Assembly (NCBI GenBank): GCA_018654745.1
Contig: JABILA010000085.1
Span: forward strand, 74,191-138,190
Length of the DNA: 64,000 bases
Direction of reading: 5' to 3'
Origin: Alphaproteobacteria bacterium
GTDB lineage: Bacteria > Pseudomonadota > Alphaproteobacteria > UBA2966
Below the pieces are notes generated by a model, which was given only the letters and a program-made list of their open reading frames with translations, was not told the origin of the DNA and did no database searches. Made by a program: the position numbers and the translations under genes. Positions 17,867 to 26,236 of this stretch are shown here, piece by piece (position 1 is the first letter of the stretch; every line of letters begins with the position of its first letter).

Positions 17867-20332
17867 TTATGCAGGGTTAATGATGATGTTGCCGACATCA
17901 TCAATTTCGCCCACATGGTCGGGCAGGATCAGCGTGGTTGAATCCATTTCAGTGACAACCGCCGGACCGCGGACCTTGTCCCCGGCTTTCAGCAAACTGC
18001 GGTCATAAATTTTTGCCGCATGGTTTTTACCATTGGCGTAAACATTGGTGTCTTCGTAGACGGCTTGTGAACCATCGCCCCCTCCTTGCGGCAGGCGTTC
18101 GGCGGTAGCTGTACTTTCACCGCCCTGAACCATGGCTCGCAGATTATATAATTCGCGCTGGGTATCCAGTTTAAAGGTGAATAGCTGTTCATGCAGGTCA
18201 TCAAACTGGCGACCCAGTTCCTTCAGACCCTGGCTTTTGAATTCTTCCGGTGTCATGTCCACCGTCAGGCGCATACCCTGACCGGCATAGCGCAGATCAA
18301 TCTGATAGAGGGTTGTTTGCTCGTCACGCGGCACGCCTTCGTCGTTGAGGACTTCGGCCGCCTGGGTTGCAAGTTCTTCCAGAACACCAAGCACTTCCTG
18401 ATCCGAGGTTTCGTCAAAGCGACGTACATAGGTGCGCGCCGCTTCGTTTCGCACCCGCGTTGTGGCATCGCCGTAAGCACACAACACGCCAGGTCCTGGT
18501 GGAATGATCACCGGCCACGAATTCATTAATCTACCAAGCGCATTGGCGTGAATGGGGCCTGCACCACCAAAGCCGATCAGGGCAAAGTCGCGCGGATCAA
18601 AACCCTGCTCCACCGACACAAGTCGCAAGGCACCAAACATATTTTCGTTGACGATGTTGACGATGCCTTCTGCGGCTTCCAGCATTGAAAGCCCCATGGC
18701 ATCGGCAACGTTTTTAACCGCCTTTTCCGCCGCCGCCCGATCCAGTGGCATGTCACCGCCCAGTTTGGCAGTTGAGGGCAGATAACCCAGCACAACATTG
18801 GCATCGGTTACGGTTGGTTCGGTTCCGCCCATGCCATAGGCCGCAGGTCCGGGCTCTGCGCCGGCACTTTGTGGTCCCACACGCAAGGCTTTGGTCAGTT
18901 CCGGCACATAGGCAATGGAGCCACCACCTGCACCAACCGTGCGCACATCAACGGAGGATGCCCGTACCGTAATATCCGCCACCCTGGTTTCGCGGCGGGT
19001 TTTGGCCACACCATCCTGGATCAGCGCCACATCGGTTGAGGTTCCGCCCATATCAAAGGTCAGCAAGTCCTTGTAACCGGCCTGTTTTGCCATCCAGATG
19101 GCACCGGAGACACCACCAGCCGGGCCCGACATCAACAGGTTCACCGGCAATTCCTTGGCACCGTCAGCAGAAGACAAACCACCGTCCGAGCGCAGGATAT
19201 GCAATTGCGTGCCACCCGTGCGACGATCCAGTTCCGACATCAGGTTTTCAATATATTTCGAGACAACCGGCCGGATATAGGAGTTCACGACCGTTGTTTC
19301 AGCTCGTTCATATTCATACATTTCCGGCACAATTTCCGACGAAATCGAAATCGGCACGTCCGGCATAACTTCCTGGGCGATCTCGCGAATGCGACGTTCG
19401 TGCGCCCCATTGGTATAGGAATTCATCAGGGAAACGGTCAGTGCTTCAATGCCATGTTTTGACAGGGCTGCCAGATCAGTGCGTAGTTTCTGTTCATTCA
19501 GCGCATCAACTGTTTCACCCTTGGCACTCATGCGCTCGTCAGCTTCAATGGTCAGCTCAAGCGGTGCCAGCGGATCGGTTTTGTTGAAAATCACCCAGCC
19601 GCCAAGGCCACCCGGCACATAGGACCGGGCAATTTGCAGGGTTTGTTTATACCCCTTGGTCATCACCAGCCCCACTTTGGCACCGGAGCCGGTCAGAACT
19701 GTGTTGGTTGCAACCGTTGTGCCGTGCATCACCTGGCCAATGGATGTTGGTTCTATCCCGGCGAGGCCGCATATCTTTTCAACACCGTTCAGGACGCCAA
19801 TGGAAGAATCCTGTGGGGTTGAAGGCACTTTGGCCGTAAAGGTTTGCCCGGATTTTTCCTCGATTAAAAGAAGATCGGTAAAGGTACCGCCAACATCCAC
19901 ACCCAACAGATAATCCCCACCTGATGGCGTACGTCGACGTGGTGCGTCGCGGGTATCGCTGACCGGCTTTGGTGCGACGGGCACAGGTGCTGGCGCCTTG
20001 CGAGCTTCCGGCGCGGGTTGGCGATTTTCTGGTTGCGGCACATATGAAGAAGGCTGGGCCGGTGCCGGAGATGACGCGGCGGCTGACCCGCCACTCATGG
20101 CCGGTGCGACAGTCGGTGTAGGTGCGATGACCGGTGCAGATGACGCAGACCCGTTTGATGTTTGCACAGGTGCAATCGATGGAGCCGCATTCGCTGTCGA
20201 CCGGGCCTCTGCACTGCCAGAGTCGCGACTGCCGCCAGATTTTTTAACGCCGCCCAGTTGGTCAAATTCGTTTTTGAAATCATCCAGCTGTGTGTCGAAC
20301 CAGCCAGTCAGATCTTTATTATCTTTTGTCAT
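17867..20332 (-). CDS. hyuA: Hydantoinase A/oxoprolinase family protein (alpha subunit), copy 1, with an N-terminal extension of about 140 aa (helix plus Pro/Ala/Ser-rich linker)
   Basis: The HyuA core begins at aa 141 (LLGVDVGGTFTD). Residues 1-140 are an amphipathic helix, DLTGWFDTQLDDFKNEFDQLGG, followed by a low-complexity P/A/S-rich segment. Confidence 0.85.
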   Translation of the reverse strand: MTKDNKDLTGWFDTQLDDFKNEFDQLGGVKKSGGSRDSGSAEARSTANAAPSIAPVQTSNGSASSAPVIAPTPTVAPAMSGGSAAASSPAPAQPSSYVPQPENRQPAPEARKAPAPVPVAPKPVSDTRDAPRRRTPSGGDYLLGVDVGGTFTDLLLIEEKSGQTFTAKVPSTPQDSSIGVLNGVEKICGLAGIEPTSIGQVMHGTTVATNTVLTGSGAKVGLVMTKGYKQTLQIARSYVPGGLGGWVIFNKTDPLAPLELTIEADERMSAKGETVDALNEQKLRTDLAALSKHGIEALTVSLMNSYTNGAHERRIREIAQEVMPDVPISISSEIVPEMYEYERAETTVVNSYIRPVVSKYIENLMSELDRRTGGTQLHILRSDGGLSSADGAKELPVNLLMSGPAGGVSGAIWMAKQAGYKDLLTFDMGGTSTDVALIQDGVAKTRRETRVADITVRASSVDVRTVGAGGGSIAYVPELTKALRVGPQSAGAEPGPAAYGMGGTEPTVTDANVVLGYLPSTAKLGGDMPLDRAAAEKAVKNVADAMGLSMLEAAEGIVNIVNENMFGALRLVSVEQGFDPRDFALIGFGGAGPIHANALGRLMNSWPVIIPPGPGVLCAYGDATTRVRNEAARTYVRRFDETSDQEVLGVLEELATQAAEVLNDEGVPRDEQTTLYQIDLRYAGQGMRLTVDMTPEEFKSQGLKELGRQFDDLHEQLFTFKLDTQRELYNLRAMVQGGESTATAERLPQGGGDGSQAVYEDTNVYANGKNHAAKIYDRSLLKAGDKVRGPAVVTEMDSTTLILPDHVGEIDDVGNIIINPA

Positions 20333-20398
20333 ATCTGTTCTTCCACCGTCGCAAGCCTGAGGTCGGGAAAATATCTGGATAATGGTAAGACGGGCAGA

Positions 20399-21046
20399 TC
20401 AGGGCGCATTGCGACCCCGCCAGGCCTCTATCCATTCAATAACGCTGTCGGTATCGGTGATGTCAGCATACCGTCGGCCGACATCCCGCAGATTGTCGTT
20501 GTGGGGTCGCTCGTCATGATCACCGACACCATCTTCCGGTACAATCGTTCGATACCCGAACTGAAAACTGTCGATCACAGATGCCCTGATGCATCCAGAT
20601 GTAACACAGCCCACCAAAATCACCGTATCAACTTTTTGTTTGACCAAAAACGGTACGATGGGTGTCTGGAAAAATATCGATGCCCCGGTCTTGCACATTT
20701 TGACGTCATAGGCGGGATCGTAAATTCTGGAATCCAGTTCCGTGCAAGGGTGGCCGTGGATCAAATCTTCACGAACCGCACGCACTTTCCAGTACGGCAT
20801 ATCCTCAAGAGATTTGTAGGCCGTATAACAAGTAGCGACCGGCACCTCGCAGCGCCGCGCGACGTCCAGCAAGCGCGCAGCGTTGTCGACAGCCCTGTCG
20901 ATCAGGGGCGCGCCCCCCAGCGGATATTTTTCTTCGGTAAAAGCGGTCTGGAAATCAACAACAACAATGGCAGGCCGATCGCCATAGCCAATGGTTTCCG
21001 TGCCATAGGTCCGCTCATGATATGTCGCTTCAGAAACGTCGCTCAT
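20399..21046 (-). CDS. Isochorismatase-family cysteine hydrolase (N-carbamoylsarcosine amidase-like), copy 1
   Basis: Core VDTVILVGCVTSGCIRASVIDSFQFGYR. The start was taken at MSDVSE with a GGGGAGA RBS. The longer ORF version (to 21163) would run through palindromic leader repeats. Confidence 0.75.
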   Translation of the reverse strand: MSDVSEATYHERTYGTETIGYGDRPAIVVVDFQTAFTEEKYPLGGAPLIDRAVDNAARLLDVARRCEVPVATCYTAYKSLEDMPYWKVRAVREDLIHGHPCTELDSRIYDPAYDVKMCKTGASIFFQTPIVPFLVKQKVDTVILVGCVTSGCIRASVIDSFQFGYRTIVPEDGVGDHDERPHNDNLRDVGRRYADITDTDSVIEWIEAWRGRNAP

Positions 21047-21203
21047 GATATCTCCCCTGATCGCGCACTGTGGTACCACAGCAAGATTGTCGTGGCGCCA
21101 CAGCAAAACCTGTCGTGGCGGTTCCACTGCATCGATAATTTCTGCGGCCCCCCGTTTGGGCAAGACAACAGTCTGTTTTCGTTGTGATCGAAAACACGCC
21201 GAT

Positions 21204-21217
21204 TTGTATACTATAAT
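21204..21217. promoter_or_regulatory. TTGTATAC motif immediately followed by TATAAT in a divergent promoter region
   Basis: Reads tTTGTATACTATAATgg. The same TTGTATAC core recurs at 26095, 41144, 37898, 41081 and 1274. Confidence 0.4.
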
Positions 21218-21369
21218 GGCTGAAAGGAATTTGTCGCGAAAGCACTAATACCAGGAAATATTTTATTCCAATCTACCCTTCAGACAATCGACACCCCGCA
21301 ATTCGAATGCTAGCCTTGCCCCGGTACAGTTGACGATAGGCAAATCCAACCCTGCTTGAGGTAATTCTC

Positions 21370-22455
21370 GTGGACAGCAAGTCAATCGCATTCCTGGAAG
21401 TCATGATTGCCCTTGGCGTCATAGGTATTCTGGCGTTTCTGGTATACCTGATTTCCCGTTTTGCCATGCACAACCGTGCCAAAACAGCGGTTGGAAAGAC
21501 CGTTGGCTACACCCCGCAGTGGTATGAATTCCTGTTGGCGGCGATCATAGTTGTCGTCGCAGCCATCTTGTTCCTCTGGCAGTTTCCACCCGGTGGGCGC
21601 GCAGACTGGGGTGAAGATTCACGTTCGATGACGTTCTTTGTCATTATGATGATCATTTGTGCCGTCGGCATTATTGTATTCCTTCTGACCGTCTTCTGGC
21701 GCATCGCCCAGACCCCGAAGGAAGCGCCAGCAGAAATCCTGACCGCCTCTGCTACCCCTTCGCCAGCACCGGCAGAGGAAACCGGGCCCGTCAAAGCCCG
21801 ACACGAATCACCCTCAGCCGTCAGATTGCTGGGTCTTCTGGGCTTTGTTGTCGCCTTTCTGGTTCTGAACTGGACCTGGGTCTCCTACGCTGATCAGTAT
21901 TTCCTGATGTTGAATCTGGTCTATCCGGCCGGCCTGGTCGTGGCCCTGGTGATGTTGTTTGACAAGGCCAACAGGGCCTGGAATGTCAAATTGCCGGGTG
22001 AGACGATCCGCGAATGGTTTTTCCTGGATGCAATACTGTTTCTTTATATCCTGGCGTATCTGAACCTGAGGCAGGCAGGCGGTGGTGAAAATTACACTGC
22101 CCAGTTCTGGGATGTCGTTAATGTTGTCGGCTTTTTGTTTGTCTTCTGGATCATTGATCGCAAGACCACCAGCCTCAGGTTTCTGGTCACACACATATAC
22201 TTCCTGGCCCTGCCGATCTTATTGCTGATCTGGCGTTCGGTTCAAGGCGTCGAAATCGCCGCAGATATTTCCTGGTGGAGTACGATCTGGCCGTTTTTTG
22301 CCCTGGCTGCCGTCTTCCTGGTGCTGGAATTCATTATTCTGATAATCAATCGTGAAAGTGATAATCAGACGGTCGGCACGGTCAAGGACGTCATATTCCT
22401 TATACTTTATGTGATTTTATTACTGGCGGCCCGGCCGGAAGTTGCAGCTTCATGA
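21370..22455 (+). CDS. Polytopic integral membrane protein of unknown function (about 9 TM segments)
   Basis: GTG start with a GAGGT RBS; ATG at 21403 is an alternative. Highly hydrophobic. Its stop overlaps the amidase ATG (ATGA). Confidence 0.55.
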   Translation: MDSKSIAFLEVMIALGVIGILAFLVYLISRFAMHNRAKTAVGKTVGYTPQWYEFLLAAIIVVVAAILFLWQFPPGGRADWGEDSRSMTFFVIMMIICAVGIIVFLLTVFWRIAQTPKEAPAEILTASATPSPAPAEETGPVKARHESPSAVRLLGLLGFVVAFLVLNWTWVSYADQYFLMLNLVYPAGLVVALVMLFDKANRAWNVKLPGETIREWFFLDAILFLYILAYLNLRQAGGGENYTAQFWDVVNVVGFLFVFWIIDRKTTSLRFLVTHIYFLALPILLLIWRSVQGVEIAADISWWSTIWPFFALAAVFLVLEFIILIINRESDNQTVGTVKDVIFLILYVILLLAARPEVAAS

Positions 22456-23864
22456 CAGATCTGGCACGCCTTGGCATTGCCGAACTGGGCGATCTGATCG
22501 CAAAAGGTGAAGCCTCACCTGTTGAAGTGATGCAGTCGACGCTGGCCAGGATCGACCGCCTTGATGGCGGATTAAACGCATTTCTGTCGATCTATCCTGA
22601 CCAGGCACTGGCGGCAGCGGCAAAAGCCGAAAAGGAACTCGCAAATGGTCAGTCTCGTGGGCCTTTGCATGGGGTCCCGCTTGGCATCAAGGATTTGTTT
22701 GAAGTCGAAGGCATGACCCGAACCTGTGGATCAAACCTGATCCAGGAACCGCCAGCAGAAAAAGACGCCACCAGCGTCGCCCGTCTGAAAGATGCCGGTG
22801 CGATTGTGGTTGGTCTTTTGAACCTCAATGAATTCGCCTATGGCCCGACCGGAATCAATATTCATAAAGGCTCCGCCCGCAACCCCTGGGATCGGAGCAA
22901 AACCTGTGGTGGATCAAGTGCCGGTGCTGGATGCGCTGTTGCCGCCGAACTGGTGCCAGGTGCCATGGGCACGGATACGGGTGGCTCGATCCGCATTCCG
23001 GCCTCGGTTTGTGGTGTGGTCGGATTAAAGCAAACCTTTGGCCTCGCCAGTCGACACGGTATTTATCCATTATGTGACAGTTTTGATCATGGCGGTCCCC
23101 TGACCCGCACCGTGCGTGATGCGGCCTTGATGTTACAGGCGTTCGCCGGTGAAGATTTGCATGACTTTACGACACGCGGCGCACGTACAGACAACTATTC
23201 GGCCCGGCTTGGTCAATCTATCAAGGGCCTCAAGGTTGGTGTCCCCACATCATTTTTCTTCGACGATGTACATGCAGACACGGTAGCCGCCGTGCGCGCC
23301 GCGATTCAGGTTTTCAGTGATCTCGGCGCGGACGTTCAGGAAGTGGACGTGCCATTTGGTCAGGATGCTGTCGACAGCTGGAATACCATGGCCATGGCAG
23401 AAGCCTTTGTTGTCCATGAAGACCATATGGCCACCAACAAATATGACCTGGCACCGGATGTCAGCAGCCGTCTTGAGCTTGGCCGTAACATCAGCGCCCG
23501 GGATTATCTGGCATCGCGGGAACATCAAACCCGGGTCAAACAGGAAATGCAGGCCTTTATGGCGGACTATGATGTGCTTGCCATGCCAACTTCACCGATT
23601 CCGGCGATTTCGATTGAGACTGGCACAGCAAACCTGAACGGACGGGAAGTTGATGGCGCACCAATTATGGGGCGGCTGACACGAATGGCTGTGTTTACCG
23701 GCCAACCGGCGATCAGTGTACCTTGCGGGTTTACGAACGAGGGTTTGCCCATTGGCTTGCAACTAATGGGGCACTGGTTTGACGAGGCCGCTTTGCTGGG
23801 GGCTGCCGATGCCTATGAACAGGCAACAAGTTGGCACACGATGGTGCCACCGGAGATTAATTGA
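22452..23864 (+). CDS. Amidase signature (AS) family amidase
   Basis: Carries GGSSAGAGCAVAAELVPGAMGTDTGGSIRIPAS, the AS signature with the Ser-cisSer-Lys triad context. Confidence 0.85.
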   Translation: MTDLARLGIAELGDLIAKGEASPVEVMQSTLARIDRLDGGLNAFLSIYPDQALAAAAKAEKELANGQSRGPLHGVPLGIKDLFEVEGMTRTCGSNLIQEPPAEKDATSVARLKDAGAIVVGLLNLNEFAYGPTGINIHKGSARNPWDRSKTCGGSSAGAGCAVAAELVPGAMGTDTGGSIRIPASVCGVVGLKQTFGLASRHGIYPLCDSFDHGGPLTRTVRDAALMLQAFAGEDLHDFTTRGARTDNYSARLGQSIKGLKVGVPTSFFFDDVHADTVAAVRAAIQVFSDLGADVQEVDVPFGQDAVDSWNTMAMAEAFVVHEDHMATNKYDLAPDVSSRLELGRNISARDYLASREHQTRVKQEMQAFMADYDVLAMPTSPIPAISIETGTANLNGREVDGAPIMGRLTRMAVFTGQPAISVPCGFTNEGLPIGLQLMGHWFDEAALLGAADAYEQATSWHTMVPPEIN

Positions 23865-23953
23865 TCACACGACCTGGTTGCCTGAATATGGAAGCCTGGG
23901 ATAGGATTTATGAAAATGTGTACGAAAAACGGATTTTGCAGGGGGATAAGTGA

Positions 23954-24433
23954 ATGAGTGGCTGGCAATGGTTTTGGACCCTGGTGGGTTTCATTGTTTA
24001 TATTATCGTTCTGATTTTCCTGTATTTCTACGAGCCCTTCAAAGACCTGTTCAATCTGGTTGTCTATGGCCTCAGCTATAGCAATGCCATCTTCTGGGCG
24101 GGTGTAATAATCGGCATTGTCGGATTTTGCACTTTCCACTGGCGCGCCTACCGGCTGCACATCGTCAAACAAAAAAGCGTTGAATCGATGGTCCTGAGTT
24201 CCCTGCGCGGATCAACTTTTGTGGCCATTTTGCTCAGTGCCAGTGCTGCATTGCAGGCCGTACAAATGCTGTGTGTGCATCTGTTGCAACCCGGCTACGC
24301 CATCGATGCCGCCTTTGGCAAACGCCTGACCGCGGTACTCGCCTTGCTGATCCTGACCGGTTTGTTCTGCATCCTGTTCTGGCTGTTGAAAATCATGCGG
24401 TCACCCAAAACGTCGGTACCTTCAACGGTTTGA
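23954..24433 (+). CDS. Small 4-TM membrane protein of unknown function (paralog of 38139-38663)
   Basis: 159 aa with a CAGGGGGA RBS. It shares LIFLYFYxPF, IFW..V.GI, HW and ALQAV.ML..HL blocks with the second copy. Confidence 0.6.
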   Translation: MSGWQWFWTLVGFIVYIIVLIFLYFYEPFKDLFNLVVYGLSYSNAIFWAGVIIGIVGFCTFHWRAYRLHIVKQKSVESMVLSSLRGSTFVAILLSASAALQAVQMLCVHLLQPGYAIDAAFGKRLTAVLALLILTGLFCILFWLLKIMRSPKTSVPSTV

Positions 24434-24460
24434 TTGGAACCTGAGAAATCAAAACACGTC

Positions 24461-24558
24461 GTCACTCCGGGCTTGACCCGGAGTCTCTGTAGCCTATCCA
24501 GTGAAACTTGGGCCTGATTTCAAACGCCGTTGAGACTCCGGGTCAAGCCCGGAGTGAC
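24461..24558. repeat. REP/MITE-like element, copy 1: 27-bp arms GTCACTCCGGGCTTGACCCGGAGTCTC in inverted orientation around a 44-nt spacer
   Basis: Arms at 24461-24487 and 24532-24558. Each arm is itself hairpin-forming (CCGGG...CCCGG). An identical-arm copy lies at 43193-43291. Both sit between convergent gene ends. Confidence 0.7.
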
Positions 24559-24607
24559 GGAGGGTTAAGAGGATACTTTCGTCGTTACAAGCGCAGACCG
24601 TTTACGT

Positions 24608-26059
24608 TTACCCGCCGTTTCGCGAACCCGGGGCCCGTGACGGGATATCGCCGGAACGGCCTGGCGTGTACATGCCGCCATAGGCGCCGCGCTTGACGAA
24701 GTTGCCATCGCCCTTTTGGCCCAGATACTGACCCTTGTCGATGATCATGCGACCTCGGCTGAAGACGGTTTCGGTGAAGCCTTTCACCGGCATGCCTTCA
24801 TAAGCGTTGTAATCGATGTTCATGTGATGGGTATGACCGTTGTAATAGCTGATGATCTCTTCGCGTTCAGGATCGAAGATCACGATGTCGGCGTCACTAC
24901 CCACAGCAATGGTGCCCTTTTTCGGGAACAGGCCAAAGATTTTGGCGGGTGAGGTTGATGTCAGTTCGACAAAACGGTTGATGTCCAGGTATCCCCCGTT
25001 GACGCCATAGTGATAGATCAGGCTCATACGGTTTTCGATGCCGGGGCCGCCATTGGGGATCTTGCTGAAGTCGCTTTTGCCCAGTTCCTTCTGTTCTTTC
25101 ATGCAGAATGGGCAATGATCCGTTGAAATGGCGTTCAGGGCATTGCCGCGCAATCCGCGCCACAGTTCTTCCTGGTTCCACTTTTCCCTGAGCGGCGGTG
25201 TCAGCACATATTTAGCGCCCTCAAAACCTGGCTCATCATATTTGTCGACATCCAGCAGCAGGTATTGCGGGCAGGTTTCAGCATGGGCCATGACGCCACG
25301 GGCCTGGGCCATGCGCAGCTCCTGCAGCGAGTCATAGCTGCTAAGGTGTACAATGTAGACCGGCGACTTCGCCACTTCGGCAATTGCCAATGCACGGTGA
25401 ACGCCCTCTGCTTCGAGGCGTGTGGGCCTGGTCAGGGCATGATATTTGGGTTCAATGTGGCCTTCCGACAGGGCGATCTTGATCAGCTCATCGATCACAA
25501 CACCATTTTCCGCGTGCATGCAAATCAGCGTACCGTCTTCGCCAGCCTGGCGCATGGCCCGGAATATTGTGCCGTCATCAGACATCATGGCCCCTGGATA
25601 GGCCATAAACATTTTGTAACTTGTGACCCCTTCGTCCGCCAGCGCCCGCATTTCCTTTGTGCGCGTTTCCGGCATATCTGTCAGGATCATATGGAAGGCA
25701 TAATCAATCGCTGTTTCCCCGGCAGCCTTGGCATGCCACGTTTCCAGGGCTTCCAGAGACGACTGCCCCTTCATCTGAACGGCGAAATCAATGATGCAAG
25801 TGGTGCCTCCGAATGCGGCGGCACGTGTGCCTGTTTCGAACGTATCCGACGTGGTTGTTCCACCAAAGGGAAGCTCGAGATGCGTGTGCGGATCGATACC
25901 GCCAGGGATCACCAGCTTGCCTGCGGCATCAACCACAACATCGGCTTCCAGTTGCAGATTTTTGCCAATCAGGTCAATCGTGTCGTCATTGACATAGATA
26001 TCTGCGTGATAGTCGTCTGTTGCCGTTACGATCCGGCCATTCTTGATTAATACGCTCAC
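24608..26059 (-). CDS. D-hydantoinase / dihydropyrimidinase (cyclic amidohydrolase)
   Basis: 483 aa from a GTG start with a GGGGAGG RBS. Starts MSVLIKNGRIV...GGIDPHTHL and has a carboxylated-Lys region. It has a C-terminal Gly/Pro-rich tail of about 25 aa. The longer ORF to 27061 is an artefact. Confidence 0.85.
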   Translation of the reverse strand: MSVLIKNGRIVTATDDYHADIYVNDDTIDLIGKNLQLEADVVVDAAGKLVIPGGIDPHTHLELPFGGTTTSDTFETGTRAAAFGGTTCIIDFAVQMKGQSSLEALETWHAKAAGETAIDYAFHMILTDMPETRTKEMRALADEGVTSYKMFMAYPGAMMSDDGTIFRAMRQAGEDGTLICMHAENGVVIDELIKIALSEGHIEPKYHALTRPTRLEAEGVHRALAIAEVAKSPVYIVHLSSYDSLQELRMAQARGVMAHAETCPQYLLLDVDKYDEPGFEGAKYVLTPPLREKWNQEELWRGLRGNALNAISTDHCPFCMKEQKELGKSDFSKIPNGGPGIENRMSLIYHYGVNGGYLDINRFVELTSTSPAKIFGLFPKKGTIAVGSDADIVIFDPEREEIISYYNGHTHHMNIDYNAYEGMPVKGFTETVFSRGRMIIDKGQYLGQKGDGNFVKRGAYGGMYTPGRSGDIPSRAPGSRNGG

Positions 26060-26089
26060 AAAATGCCTCCCCTGATCAATCTGGTTTGC

Positions 26090-26102
26090 TATAATTGTAT
26101 AC
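26090..26102. promoter_or_regulatory. TATAAT-TTGTATAC motif, followed by a TTGTAT repeat, in the divergent promoter between the D-hydantoinase and the ABC transporter
   Basis: Reads gcTATAATTGTATACTGTTGTATca. Confidence 0.4.
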
Positions 26103-26236
26103 TGTTGTATCATCTTGCACACTACGTGATCACAGAAATCATTAATTGGCCTTTGAGAATGACCAGGTAATAGTTTGAGATCGTGTTCATTCGCGTTAAG
26201 GCCGGAAAAATAACAATCGCTCCAGGGAGAACGAAG

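Noticed and set aside
16901-17941. 346-aa plus-strand ORF antisense to hyuB-1. Similar long antisense ORFs: 33854-34924, 32325-33185, 39950-40864, 42300-43046, 45769-46512, 49571-50269, 56455-57384, 25265-26050, 8533-9303, 7811-8392 and 20162-21187.
   Set aside because: They are typical high-GC antisense open frames, Arg/Gly/His-rich, with no RBS and no domain signatures. Each is entirely shadowed by a well-supported gene.
20399-21163. Longer 254-aa version of the isochorismatase-1 ORF
   Set aside because: The extra 39 codons run through palindromic leader repeats and lack an RBS. The internal ATG at 21046 has a GGGGAGA RBS and matches the paralog's N-terminus.
24508-24696. 62-aa ORF containing ETPGQARSDG, with a similar peptide in 43010-43279 (-)
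   Set aside because: Both are generated by the REP-like element arms, so they are repeat-derived and not genes.
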